DNA of 64,000 nucleotides. It comes from Candidatus Woesearchaeota archaeon. Its GTDB lineage: Archaea; Nanobdellota; Nanobdellia; Woesearchaeales; BS150m-G63. This document shows positions 9,420 through 17,491 of this stretch, piece by piece (position 1 is the stretch's first letter; the number at the start of each line of letters is the position of its first letter). The stretch lies in assembly GCA_016784165.1 (NCBI GenBank), contig JADHVD010000003.1:6867-70866 (forward strand), written 5' to 3'. Position numbers and translations under genes: made by a program. The notes below the pieces were generated by a model. That model had not been told where the DNA came from, did not search any database, and saw only the letters and a list, made by a program, of their open reading frames with translations.

Positions 9420-10638
9420 TTTTTATTCCACCAACTTTTTCATTAATATATTCACATTCCACAATCTTCTTAACAAGCTCAGTAGGTCGCTTAAACTTTC
9501 TTTTCAATTTAGTATAAATTTTACCCTCACGAACATAGGTGTTAGCATATTTTTTTTTAAAATTTTCAACACGACTCTCCTCACTCAAAGGAGGGCCACT
9601 CCACTCATATTCATCACTCAAAACTTCTTTCTTCAAAATATACCAAAATAAAGCTTTCTTACTTTTATCCCATTCCCATCCATCACCAATCAGAGTAAAT
9701 TCATGTTTTCTAAAAGCCACACCAATATGTTCAAAAACTTTCAGTAATTTAGCACCAACAACATCTTCTTTTCCATCTAAAGCAGTAACATCAAACAGCA
9801 CCAACACATTTCCCGCACTCATTTTCCTAAGCTCATCAACATCAATTTTCTTAATCTTAAAAAAATCAGCACTAGGGTTATCCAAAAAAGATTTAGCATT
9901 ATCAATAAATAATTTAAATTTATCTTTCCCAAGTGCCGCAGCTGCATTTCTTTCCGGCATTATTGGATCCACTACAATAAGGGGTGAAATCAATTTAGAT
10001 TTATTCATTTCTTTTAACGCATTTCCACCATAAATATTGTGATGGTCCACAATAACTTTGCCACTCCATCCAACAGCACTCTTCAAAAAATTCAAAAATC
10101 CGCCGTAATGAATCACCAAAATATCTAACACATGACCAGAAAAACCTTTAATATAACTCTCAGCACCATACACTCCAATTCCTTTGCAAAACTGTTTCGC
10201 CAACCTAATATCATCTCTCAACCCAACATCACTATTTTTAATCACCCAATCAACATGCATTGGACTCATATCTGTAACATTTTTAGCATCACCAACATCC
10301 TTAATATCTAAAACAGGAACAATCTCAAAACAAAACTTATCAACAATCTTAAAATAATCTCTGCTTCCATGCACTAATTCAGGTTTCAATGGCTCTAAAA
10401 TATCCATCAACAACACACTAATATCTTCATCAACATATTTCATGTTAAATTTCATAAAAATATCAACATCATGGTCTCCACGAAGAAAAGTTCCTTTAGC
10501 AATAGAACCGCAGGCAAAAACCTTTACATCTAAACTAGACTTTTTCACAAGCTTCTCAAGTTTATCTAAAAACCTATTAATTTCTCTATCCACACCATTG
10601 GGTTTAATCTTACCCAACACATTTTTCAATAATTTCAT
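9409..10638 (-). CDS. cca: Archaeal class I CCA-adding tRNA nucleotidyltransferase
   Basis: The nucleotidyltransferase motif GSIAKGTFLRGDHDVDIF is present. The 409-aa length and overall pattern match the archaeal CCA enzyme. Confidence 0.8.
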   Translation of the reverse strand: MKLLKNVLGKIKPNGVDREINRFLDKLEKLVKKSSLDVKVFACGSIAKGTFLRGDHDVDIFMKFNMKYVDEDISVLLMDILEPLKPELVHGSRDYFKIVDKFCFEIVPVLDIKDVGDAKNVTDMSPMHVDWVIKNSDVGLRDDIRLAKQFCKGIGVYGAESYIKGFSGHVLDILVIHYGGFLNFLKSAVGWSGKVIVDHHNIYGGNALKEMNKSKLISPLIVVDPIMPERNAAAALGKDKFKLFIDNAKSFLDNPSADFFKIKKIDVDELRKMSAGNVLVLFDVTALDGKEDVVGAKLLKVFEHIGVAFRKHEFTLIGDGWEWDKSKKALFWYILKKEVLSDEYEWSGPPLSEESRVENFKKKYANTYVREGKIYTKLKRKFKRPTELVKKIVECEYINEKVGGIKIKK

Positions 10639-10758
10639 ACCCTTTATTCAACACACACTCTTATAAAAAACTTACCAAAACAAAAACAAATTAATGTCAC
10701 TACTTATCCATACTCAAAAATAGAAAACTTTAAATACCTTTGATTATAAATTTTTAAG

Positions 10759-11532
10759 ATGGAACCCAAAGAAACATATTATTCAAAAGTAAATATTCCT
10801 TTGAGATTAAGTTATGATAGTGTGGATAATTTTAGATTAGCAACAAAAGATCCAAATGAAATCCACGACCCAAAAAAATATAATCCTCCAATCACTTTAG
10901 GATTTCAATTAGAATCCCTTATTGCAGAACACGCAAATAATCACATTTCTTTAATGTATCCAAAACATCAACTAAACAAAATCACAACTAAATTTAAATC
11001 CCCTTTATTTGCAGACACACCTTTCAATCTAGAATTATTAATAGATCACAAAAACATCAAAGCAAAATTATACAATGAATCTCAGATATTTGCGATTTCA
11101 GATTTAAATTATACTTCCATGAACCCTATAAGATATAATGATAGTTCAGAAAAATCCATAAAGCTCAAAAAGAAAGATATATCAAAATTTTACAAAGGAA
11201 TGGGGGTAGAACCAAACTCCAAATTCCCAATAATGATGCTCCCAAGCATAAGTTCTTCATTAGTAGCAGAACACATAACCCAAAATAGAGAAAATTATTC
11301 AGGAATACCCATTTACCTAAAACATCAAATAGAATTTACGTGTCCAGTAGAAGAATTCAAAGCAAACAAAAAATTAAATCTAAATTTAGATTCACATAAG
11401 GCCAATAAAATGGTTCACATATTTAATATTTCTGGATCATACAAACAACACAATCTTTACAATGCAAAACTATTAGTCTCTTTCTTATCAGAAGAAAACT
11501 TCAATGAGATAATGGGAAAAACAAAACTTTAA
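10759..11532 (+). CDS. Hypothetical protein, possibly a MaoC-like/hotdog fold
   Basis: The only support is a weak motif, DPNEIHDPKKYNPPITLGFQ, resembling the MaoC D-x-NP-x-H-x-D signature. Confidence 0.3.
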   Translation: MEPKETYYSKVNIPLRLSYDSVDNFRLATKDPNEIHDPKKYNPPITLGFQLESLIAEHANNHISLMYPKHQLNKITTKFKSPLFADTPFNLELLIDHKNIKAKLYNESQIFAISDLNYTSMNPIRYNDSSEKSIKLKKKDISKFYKGMGVEPNSKFPIMMLPSISSSLVAEHITQNRENYSGIPIYLKHQIEFTCPVEEFKANKKLNLNLDSHKANKMVHIFNISGSYKQHNLYNAKLLVSFLSEENFNEIMGKTKL

Positions 11533-11582
11533 TAAATCTTCCACTTCTTAATAAATATTAATTTAATTAAAAAAGAGGTAAA

Positions 11583-12776
11583 ATGCAAACACTGTATCTT
11601 TTAACTTCATTAGCAGTCCTTCTCCTTATAGGTATTTTGTGCTCTATAGTTGCAAATAAACTAAAAATTCCAAATGTTTTACTCTTAATTATCACTGGAA
11701 TTTTACTAAGCTATATAAAATACAATAATAAACCACTTCTCCAGTTCGACCCTATATTCCTCACAAGTATAAGTATAATAGCATTAGTTATGATATTATT
11801 TGATTCAAGTTCCAGATTAAAACTCAAAACTTTTGATACTCTTTCATTTAAAGCAATAAAACTAACTTCTATTTTCTTATTATACAATGTCCTTTTACTA
11901 ACGCTTCCAGTTTTATTCATTTATGGTATTTATGCAGAATCTCTCATCCATCAATTCATCTTAGCACTTGTTTTCACCACCCTAGTTTCAGCAACAGATT
12001 CAGCATCAGTGATGGTGCTTCTTCAAGGAGTAAAAAGTAAAGTAGCAAAACTTTTAGAGATAGAATCAATATTAAATACCCCTTTAGCAATCATTCTACC
12101 ATTCATGTTGATTGAATTATTGGATAAAACAAAAGAAAAAGTAATAATGTCAACTTTTTTATTAGACCAAATTCTTCCATTCCTCGCACAAATAGTTGTA
12201 GGAATTGGTTCTGGAGTATTCATAGGGTTAATTATATTCAAATTAATGAGAAAGAAATATTCAGAAAAATTAAGTCCAGTTGCATTAATTACAGCAGCCC
12301 TTTTAACATACATAATAGCTGAAAACCTTCAAGGATCAGGAGTATTAGCAGTTGTAGCATTGGGACTTTTCTTTGGAAATGTTTATGTAAAACAAAAAGA
12401 AACACTAAAAGAATTTTCATCAATGTTTTCAAATTCATTAGAAATCTTAGTGTTCATCTTAGTAGGATTTATAGTAAATATCCCATTAACTTTAGAATTT
12501 TTCTTAAAATCGTTTGCATTATTCATAATTTACTTAATAATCAGATTTTTGGCAGTTAATTTAACTTTTAGAAAAGAAAATTACACCAAAAAAGAAATAA
12601 TTTTTATGAGTCTCAATGTTTCAAAAGGGATTGCAGTAGCAGTTGTAGCATTCACATTAGTTACAACAAATATTCCAGGAATAGAACATATTTTACACCT
12701 CATTCTTGCTTTTATGGTATATAGTATAGCTACATCAACACTAGCAGAAAAATACGCATTAAAACTTTTGAATTAA
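11583..12776 (+). CDS. Cation/proton antiporter (CPA1, NhaP-like)
   Basis: It has about 11-12 hydrophobic helices, a TDSASVMVLL motif, and the length and architecture typical of Na+/H+ exchangers. Confidence 0.6.
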   Translation: MQTLYLLTSLAVLLLIGILCSIVANKLKIPNVLLLIITGILLSYIKYNNKPLLQFDPIFLTSISIIALVMILFDSSSRLKLKTFDTLSFKAIKLTSIFLLYNVLLLTLPVLFIYGIYAESLIHQFILALVFTTLVSATDSASVMVLLQGVKSKVAKLLEIESILNTPLAIILPFMLIELLDKTKEKVIMSTFLLDQILPFLAQIVVGIGSGVFIGLIIFKLMRKKYSEKLSPVALITAALLTYIIAENLQGSGVLAVVALGLFFGNVYVKQKETLKEFSSMFSNSLEILVFILVGFIVNIPLTLEFFLKSFALFIIYLIIRFLAVNLTFRKENYTKKEIIFMSLNVSKGIAVAVVAFTLVTTNIPGIEHILHLILAFMVYSIATSTLAEKYALKLLN

Positions 12777-12787
12777 CTTAACCCAAT

Positions 12788-12841
12788 TAACCCCCCTAAC
12801 CCCCCTAACTAACGTAACCAACTTAACTAACGTAACCAACT
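12788..12841. repeat. Intergenic tandem repeats in which every unit begins with TAAC: TAACCCCCC x2, then TAACTAACGTAACCAACT x2
   Basis: Read directly: 9-bp units at 12788-12796 and 12797-12805, and 18-bp units at 12806-12823 and 12824-12841. Confidence 0.9.
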
Positions 12842-12903
12842 TAATTAATTAATGTTAATCAATATCAGAAAACTATTTAAACAAACCAAAGAACATTAAA
12901 ATA

Positions 12904-13320
12904 ATGCAATTAAAAGTACTAATTGACACTAATTTCCTATTAATTCCAGCCATATTTAATGTGGATATTTTCTCGGAATTTGAAAGGATTTTACCCACTT
13001 ATAAATTATATATATTGGATAAGTGCGTAGAAGAATTAGAAAATATAACTAAAACTCAAAGAGGAAAACACCTTTTAGCAGCAAAATTAGCCTTATCATT
13101 GTTACAAAAATACCCTATAAAGACCCTAAAAACAGAAAAGCATATAAATAGAACAAAACCATTATCTAAAATACCTTATGTAGACGACATAATACTTGAT
13201 TTTGCAGTGAAAAATGATTATATTGTGGCAACTCAAGATAAGGAATTAAAGGAAAAACTTAAAAGACAAAGAATAAAAACAATAAATCTAAGGCAAAAAA
13301 AATATTTAATAATAACCTAA
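12904..13320 (+). CDS. PIN-domain protein (Fcf1/Utp24-like) of the conserved archaeal Rpo7 gene cluster
   Basis: The N-terminal LIDTNFLLIP and the C-terminal VATQDKELKEKL pattern fit. It sits immediately upstream of rpo7, as in many archaea. Confidence 0.65.
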   Translation: MQLKVLIDTNFLLIPAIFNVDIFSEFERILPTYKLYILDKCVEELENITKTQRGKHLLAAKLALSLLQKYPIKTLKTEKHINRTKPLSKIPYVDDIILDFAVKNDYIVATQDKELKEKLKRQRIKTINLRQKKYLIIT

Positions 13321-13321
13321 A

Positions 13322-13918
13322 ATGTTTTACAAATTAAAATTAAAAGACCATATAAGGGTACCACCTTCATTATTTGAGTTCCCTGTAGAAGAAGCAATAA
13401 TATCTGCAATTAAAAAAACCTATACGAATATGATTTCCAAAAATTTAGGAATTATCATAGATGTTGTAAAAATAGCAAAAATTAATGAAGGGATAATTAT
13501 TCCAGGAGATGGAGCATCTTATTATGATACTGAATTTGAGCTTTTAACTTTTAGACCAGAACTTCAAGAAGTAATCTTAGGCGGGATAAGAGACATAGCT
13601 GATTTTGGGGTATTTATAACCATGGGCCCTACAGATGGAATGATTCACGTATCACAAACAATGGATGATTATGTTTCATTTTCAAAAGATAAATCATTAT
13701 TAGGTAAAGAAAGCAAAAAATCTCTTAAAGTTGGAGATAAATGCAGGGCAAGAATCATTGCAGTAAGTTTTAAAGAAGCAACAAACCCAAAAATAGGCCT
13801 AACAATGAGACAAATAGGTCTTGGAAAAATTGATTGGATTAGAGAAGAAGCAGAAGAAAAAAACAAAAAATCAAAAGATAAACCAACTAAAGGTAAGGGA
13901 GATAAAACTAAAAAATGA
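13322..13918 (+). CDS. rpo7: DNA-directed RNA polymerase subunit E-prime (Rpo7) with a short Lys-rich tail
   Basis: The N-terminus FYKLKLKDHIRVPPSLF is followed by an S1-like domain (GDKCRARIIAVSF). Synteny with spt4, rps24e and rps27ae supports the call. Confidence 0.8.
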   Translation: MFYKLKLKDHIRVPPSLFEFPVEEAIISAIKKTYTNMISKNLGIIIDVVKIAKINEGIIIPGDGASYYDTEFELLTFRPELQEVILGGIRDIADFGVFITMGPTDGMIHVSQTMDDYVSFSKDKSLLGKESKKSLKVGDKCRARIIAVSFKEATNPKIGLTMRQIGLGKIDWIREEAEEKNKKSKDKPTKGKGDKTKK

Positions 13919-14097
13919 AAAAAGTATGCAAATCATGTAAATTATTTGTAGAAGGAAATGAATGTCCTCTTTGTAAAAGTAACCAATTAAGTACAAATTG
14001 GCAAGGGAGATTAATCATTCTTGATGCAAATAAATCTATGATCGCTCAAAACATGAAAATAAACATGAAAGGCGAATACGCAATAAAAGTAAGGTAA
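13915..14097 (+). CDS. spt4: Transcription elongation factor Spt4 (RpoE-double-prime)
   Basis: It has a 60-aa zinc ribbon, CKSCKLFVEGNECPLCKS. It overlaps rpo7 by 4 nt. Confidence 0.8.
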   Translation: MKKVCKSCKLFVEGNECPLCKSNQLSTNWQGRLIILDANKSMIAQNMKINMKGEYAIKVR

Positions 14098-14114
14098 ATA
14101 TAAAGGTAATTAAA

Positions 14115-14561
14115 ATGAAGTTAGAGATAATTAAACAAGAAAAACAACCACTATTATCTAGAATAGAAATCATGGCTAAAATAACTTTTCAAGGTGCAAC
14201 TCCTTCAAACGAAAATATAAAAAAAGCAATAGCCACAAAATTAAAAGCAGACGAATCTTTTACAGTTATTAAACATATTTATACCGAATTTGGTTTACAA
14301 GAAGGAGATGTTGAAGCATTTGTTTATGACGATAAAAAAGTAATGGCAGTTCTTGAGAAAAAAGCAAAAAAACAAAAAGAAAAAGAAGCAAAAATAGCAG
14401 AAAAAGCAAAAACAGCACCTGCAGAACAACCTAAGGAAGAACAACCTAAGGAAGAACAACCTAAGGAAGAACAACCTAAGGAAGAACAACCTAAGGAAGA
14501 ACAACCTAAGGAAGAACAACCTAAGGAAGAACAACCTAAGGAAGAAAAAAAAGATAACTAA
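14115..14561 (+). CDS. rps24e: Ribosomal protein S24e with a C-terminal (EQPKE)x8 extension
   Basis: The N-terminal core MKLEIIKQEKQPLLSRIEI...FGLQEGDVEAFVYDD fits S24e, as does synteny. The tail is a low-complexity repeat. Confidence 0.8.
   Translation: MKLEIIKQEKQPLLSRIEIMAKITFQGATPSNENIKKAIATKLKADESFTVIKHIYTEFGLQEGDVEAFVYDDKKVMAVLEKKAKKQKEKEAKIAEKAKTAPAEQPKEEQPKEEQPKEEQPKEEQPKEEQPKEEQPKEEQPKEEKKDN
14424..14543. repeat. Eight perfect tandem copies of the 15-bp unit GAACAACCTAAGGAA inside rps24e
   Basis: Read directly; it encodes the EQPKE repeats. Confidence 0.95.
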
Positions 14562-14566
14562 TAAAA

Positions 14567-14881
14567 ATGGCAGAACAACAAGCAAAACCAAAATCAAGAA
14601 AACACAGTGAAAGATGGAATCATTATAGTAATTCATCTGGAACTTTAACTCGTAATAAAAGATTTTGTCCAAAATGTGGGCCTGGTTATTTTATGGCAGA
14701 CCATAAAAATAGAATTACTTGTGGAAAATGTAGTTATGTTGAATTTAAAGGTAAAGAACCAGAAAAACAAGAAGAAAAACCTTCTCAAGATTCTCCAAAA
14801 CAAGAAGAATCAGACCAAACCACAAAAGAAAAACAATCTGAAGAAACAAAATCAGAAGAACCAGAACCTAAAAAAGAATAA
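14567..14881 (+). CDS. rps27ae: Ribosomal protein S27ae with a Lys/Glu-rich C-terminal extension
   Basis: The zinc ribbon CPKCGPGYFMADHKNRITCGKC is present, and synteny after S24e fits. Confidence 0.8.
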   Translation: MAEQQAKPKSRKHSERWNHYSNSSGTLTRNKRFCPKCGPGYFMADHKNRITCGKCSYVEFKGKEPEKQEEKPSQDSPKQEESDQTTKEKQSEETKSEEPEPKKE

Positions 14882-14904
14882 TCATTTAATTTTATTATAA
14901 ATAT

Positions 14905-15813
14905 TTACTTTTTCTTATTATTATTTTCGTTATCTATTTGTTGCATAACTAAAATATCTTCAGTGGTTAATTTACCGCCTTTTTTCAGTTTTTCTTCAAC
15001 ATCTTTCTTTTTATTTTGAATAATCTCTTCATTCTTTCTCTCAAATTTAGATTTTCTGTCTTTTTTATCAGTATCAACTTTCCTACTGAATAAATTCATA
15101 TTCATAAGTACTTCTTTAAGAGATTTATTTAATTTAGTGAATTTCATTTTAAATTCAAAGAATTTTTGATATGCATTTTCTTTCTCTTTTTTTAATTCAT
15201 CAATTTGTTTAGAAAGAGTCACCATATCTAAATGGGCTTCTTGACTATTTTTAGCAAAATCTTGAATTTTTTGATGGCTTTGATCTGCTGTTTTTTTCAA
15301 TTCATCAATTTCTTTTGAAAGTTTTTTGGTTTTACTAAGCATATTCATTAATTCAGCAGATTCTCCAAGCTGTTTTTTCTTAGATTTTATTACACCAACT
15401 AATTTTCTTTCCTTATCAAATGCAACAGCTTCTGTTTCTAATTTTTCTTCTAATTTTTCAATTTCATATTTTATTTTAGAAGGATCTCCGTTTATTTTAT
15501 ATTTTTTACTAAGATTTTCTTTTTCTTTACTGAGTTCTTTAAATTCATTTATTCTATTTTTAATGAATTTATTGTATTTTTTCCTCTCTTTTTTAGATTG
15601 TTTTACTTTTTCAGTTAATTCATCCCTTTTCTTTTTTAATCCCTTAATTCTATTAATCATATTTGAGATTTTTTTACCAACTTCTTCTTTCTTAGAAAAC
15701 CATTCTTCTTTTTGAGAATCTGCAAAGTTCAACTCTTTTCTAACTTCAACTACTTTTTTTCGTTGTTCTTCAACTTGTTTGTATATTTTATCTCTTTCTT
15801 TACCAGATAACAT
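14905..15813 (-). CDS. Lys/Glu-rich coiled-coil protein of unknown function
   Basis: The 302 aa are dominated by heptad-like K/E/L repeats, and no catalytic motif is recognised. It resembles the uncharacterised archaeal coiled-coil proteins often found near ribosomal genes, from memory only. Confidence 0.5.
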   Translation of the reverse strand: MLSGKERDKIYKQVEEQRKKVVEVRKELNFADSQKEEWFSKKEEVGKKISNMINRIKGLKKKRDELTEKVKQSKKERKKYNKFIKNRINEFKELSKEKENLSKKYKINGDPSKIKYEIEKLEEKLETEAVAFDKERKLVGVIKSKKKQLGESAELMNMLSKTKKLSKEIDELKKTADQSHQKIQDFAKNSQEAHLDMVTLSKQIDELKKEKENAYQKFFEFKMKFTKLNKSLKEVLMNMNLFSRKVDTDKKDRKSKFERKNEEIIQNKKKDVEEKLKKGGKLTTEDILVMQQIDNENNNKKK

Positions 15814-15884
15814 TAACTCTCACCATTATTATTTAATAATAATTAAAGGTAATTTATACCTCACTATTTATAATGAGGTATTAT

Positions 15885-16196
15885 TTACCCAAATAAAGCT
15901 CCTAATCCTTCTGCTGCTTGTTCTTCATTCACTTCTTCTTTCTTTTCTTCAGCTTTAGGTGCTTCTTCACTTTTTGCTTCTCCGCTTGCTTCTGCTGCTG
16001 GAGCTGCTGCAACTGGAGCTACTACTGCTTCTTTCAATACCTTCTCGACATCTACGCCTTTCAGAGCATTGACAACAACAGTAACTTTTGCTTTGTCTGC
16101 TTTAACTCCTGCCGCATCCAACACTTTAGTAAGATTAGCTTCATTAATCTCACTTCCTGCTTTGTGCAAAAGCATTGCTGCATACATATATTCCAT
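15885..16196 (-). CDS. rpl12: Ribosomal stalk protein P1 (L12e)
   Basis: The N-terminus is MEYMYAAMLLHKAGSEINEANLTKVL. It has an Ala/Glu hinge and the conserved terminal EGLGALFG. A GGAGG-like Shine-Dalgarno lies upstream. Confidence 0.9.
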   Translation of the reverse strand: MEYMYAAMLLHKAGSEINEANLTKVLDAAGVKADKAKVTVVVNALKGVDVEKVLKEAVVAPVAAAPAAEASGEAKSEEAPKAEEKKEEVNEEQAAEGLGALFG

Positions 16197-16225
16197 GTTT
16201 CTTACCTCCGAACTTTAGTGAGGTT

Positions 16226-16272
16226 GTAAAAAACCTTGAAGACGAATTAAATGAGTCTCCTTGTTTTTTTAC
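16226..16272. repeat. Intergenic hairpin family, copy a (between P0 and P1)
   Basis: The sequence is GTAAAAAAC-CTTG-AAGAC-GAATTAAATGA-GTCTC-CTTG-TTTTTTTAC. It has an outer stem of 8-9 bp, an inner stem, and a CTTG/CTTG self-pairing box. Confidence 0.6.
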
Positions 16273-16309
16273 CCCTCATATATCTTTTTAATTAAATTAT
16301 GAACTTTAG

Positions 16310-17491
16310 TTATTCTTCTTTTTTGCTCTGTTCTACAGAGTCTTCTTCACTTGGCTTTTCTTCAGGTTTAGAATCATCAGCCGATTCCCCCTCAACTTTT
16401 TCAGGTTTGTTTTCAGTTTCAGGTTCTTCTTTAGGTGATTCTTCTTTCTTCTCTTCTTCTTCATTCACTTCTTCTTTCTTCTCTTCAGCTTTAGGTGTTT
16501 CTTCTTTACTTATTTCTTTATCTGCCTTAGACTCATCATTTTTTACATTATCTTCACTTTCAGCTACTTTCTCTTCTTGTTTCTCTTCAGCAGGTGTTTC
16601 TTCTTGTTTTGGAGAATCTTGGGGTGCTGGAGCATCTTCAGGAACTTTTCCTTTCAGTTTCATCGCACCATTTTCAGCTTTTTTCAGAATATCTTCACTA
16701 GTTTCATCAGTTAATATCTCTTGTTCTAAAGCCAAAGTACGTGCTTCACCATGAATCTTAGGTAACACAATAGCTATAACTTCTTCAATAGGATAACTTA
16801 ATTCAACAGCAAGCGTAAATGCTTCACTGTGAGCTGATTTCATATCATTGATATAAGCTTCTTCATCAATATCTAATATATCTTTAGTTAGGATGTCTCC
16901 ATTTTCATAAACAGCAACTAATTCAAGACCAATTTCAACAGGTTTTACTCCAAGTCGAGATAAGATTCCAGCAACATTTGCTTTTACTTCTTCACCTTCT
17001 TTAACAACAACTTTATTTTCAATTATGTTGATTTTATTATCTTCAACCTTTGTTTTTAACCCCATAGCACCCAATTCACCAATGATTGGTCCTGGTGCAA
17101 AAGGTGTTGGTCCAGCTTTAAGAGAAAGATCGCAAGGAGCTATTTGTCCAGCTTTTGCAGGAGCAAATGATTTATTTTTCTTTAAAGTTTTGAATAATTC
17201 AAAAGGATCTTGTTTAGTAAATAATAAAGCAGGCATACCTTTCAGGTGTTCTATTAATTTTATAACTCCCTTTTTATCTTCTTGTGTTTTTTCAAATGCT
17301 AACTTCATTAATCTTTTTTTAGTCATGGTTAGCACAACATTCTCTCTTAATTTTGCACTTATTTTTTGTAATTGGCTTGCAGGAAGATTCTCCATATTCA
17401 CAACACCAATTATAGGATTTTCCTTAATTAATTTAACAAGATTAGCTACAACTTTTTTCTTAGCTTCTGAAACATGGGCTTTTGGATTCAT
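16310..17491 (-). CDS. rplP0: Ribosomal stalk protein P0 (uL10) with a roughly 110-aa acidic low-complexity tail
   Basis: The N-terminus is MNPKAHVSEAKKKVVANLVKLIKENPIIGVVNMENLPASQLQ. It overlaps rpl1 by 4 nt in the L1-P0-P1 order. The tail ends in SVEQSKKEE and has no GLGALFG. Confidence 0.85.
   Translation of the reverse strand: MNPKAHVSEAKKKVVANLVKLIKENPIIGVVNMENLPASQLQKISAKLRENVVLTMTKKRLMKLAFEKTQEDKKGVIKLIEHLKGMPALLFTKQDPFELFKTLKKNKSFAPAKAGQIAPCDLSLKAGPTPFAPGPIIGELGAMGLKTKVEDNKINIIENKVVVKEGEEVKANVAGILSRLGVKPVEIGLELVAVYENGDILTKDILDIDEEAYINDMKSAHSEAFTLAVELSYPIEEVIAIVLPKIHGEARTLALEQEILTDETSEDILKKAENGAMKLKGKVPEDAPAPQDSPKQEETPAEEKQEEKVAESEDNVKNDESKADKEISKEETPKAEEKKEEVNEEEEKKEESPKEEPETENKPEKVEGESADDSKPEEKPSEEDSVEQSKKEE

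Noticed and set aside
14295-14672. A minus-strand ORF encodes FFLRL repeats.
   Set aside because: It is an antisense reading of the (EQPKE)x8 repeat of rps24e. It spans two real genes on the other strand.
16226-16272. I considered a K-turn (L7Ae-binding) interpretation of the hairpin family.
   Set aside because: There is no tandem sheared G-A/A-G pair and no asymmetric 3-nt bulge. The conserved internal feature is a symmetric CUUG/CUUG box instead.
16251-16295. Short peptide ORFs start at the ATGAGT inside hairpin copies a and b. These are MSLLVFLPLIYLFN, and [13 protein letters not shown] at 60498-60539, which overlaps the dnaK start.
   Set aside because: Copies c and d have no ATG. Copy a would be on the strand opposite to both flanking genes. 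The similarity of the two peptides follows trivially from the conserved DNA core.
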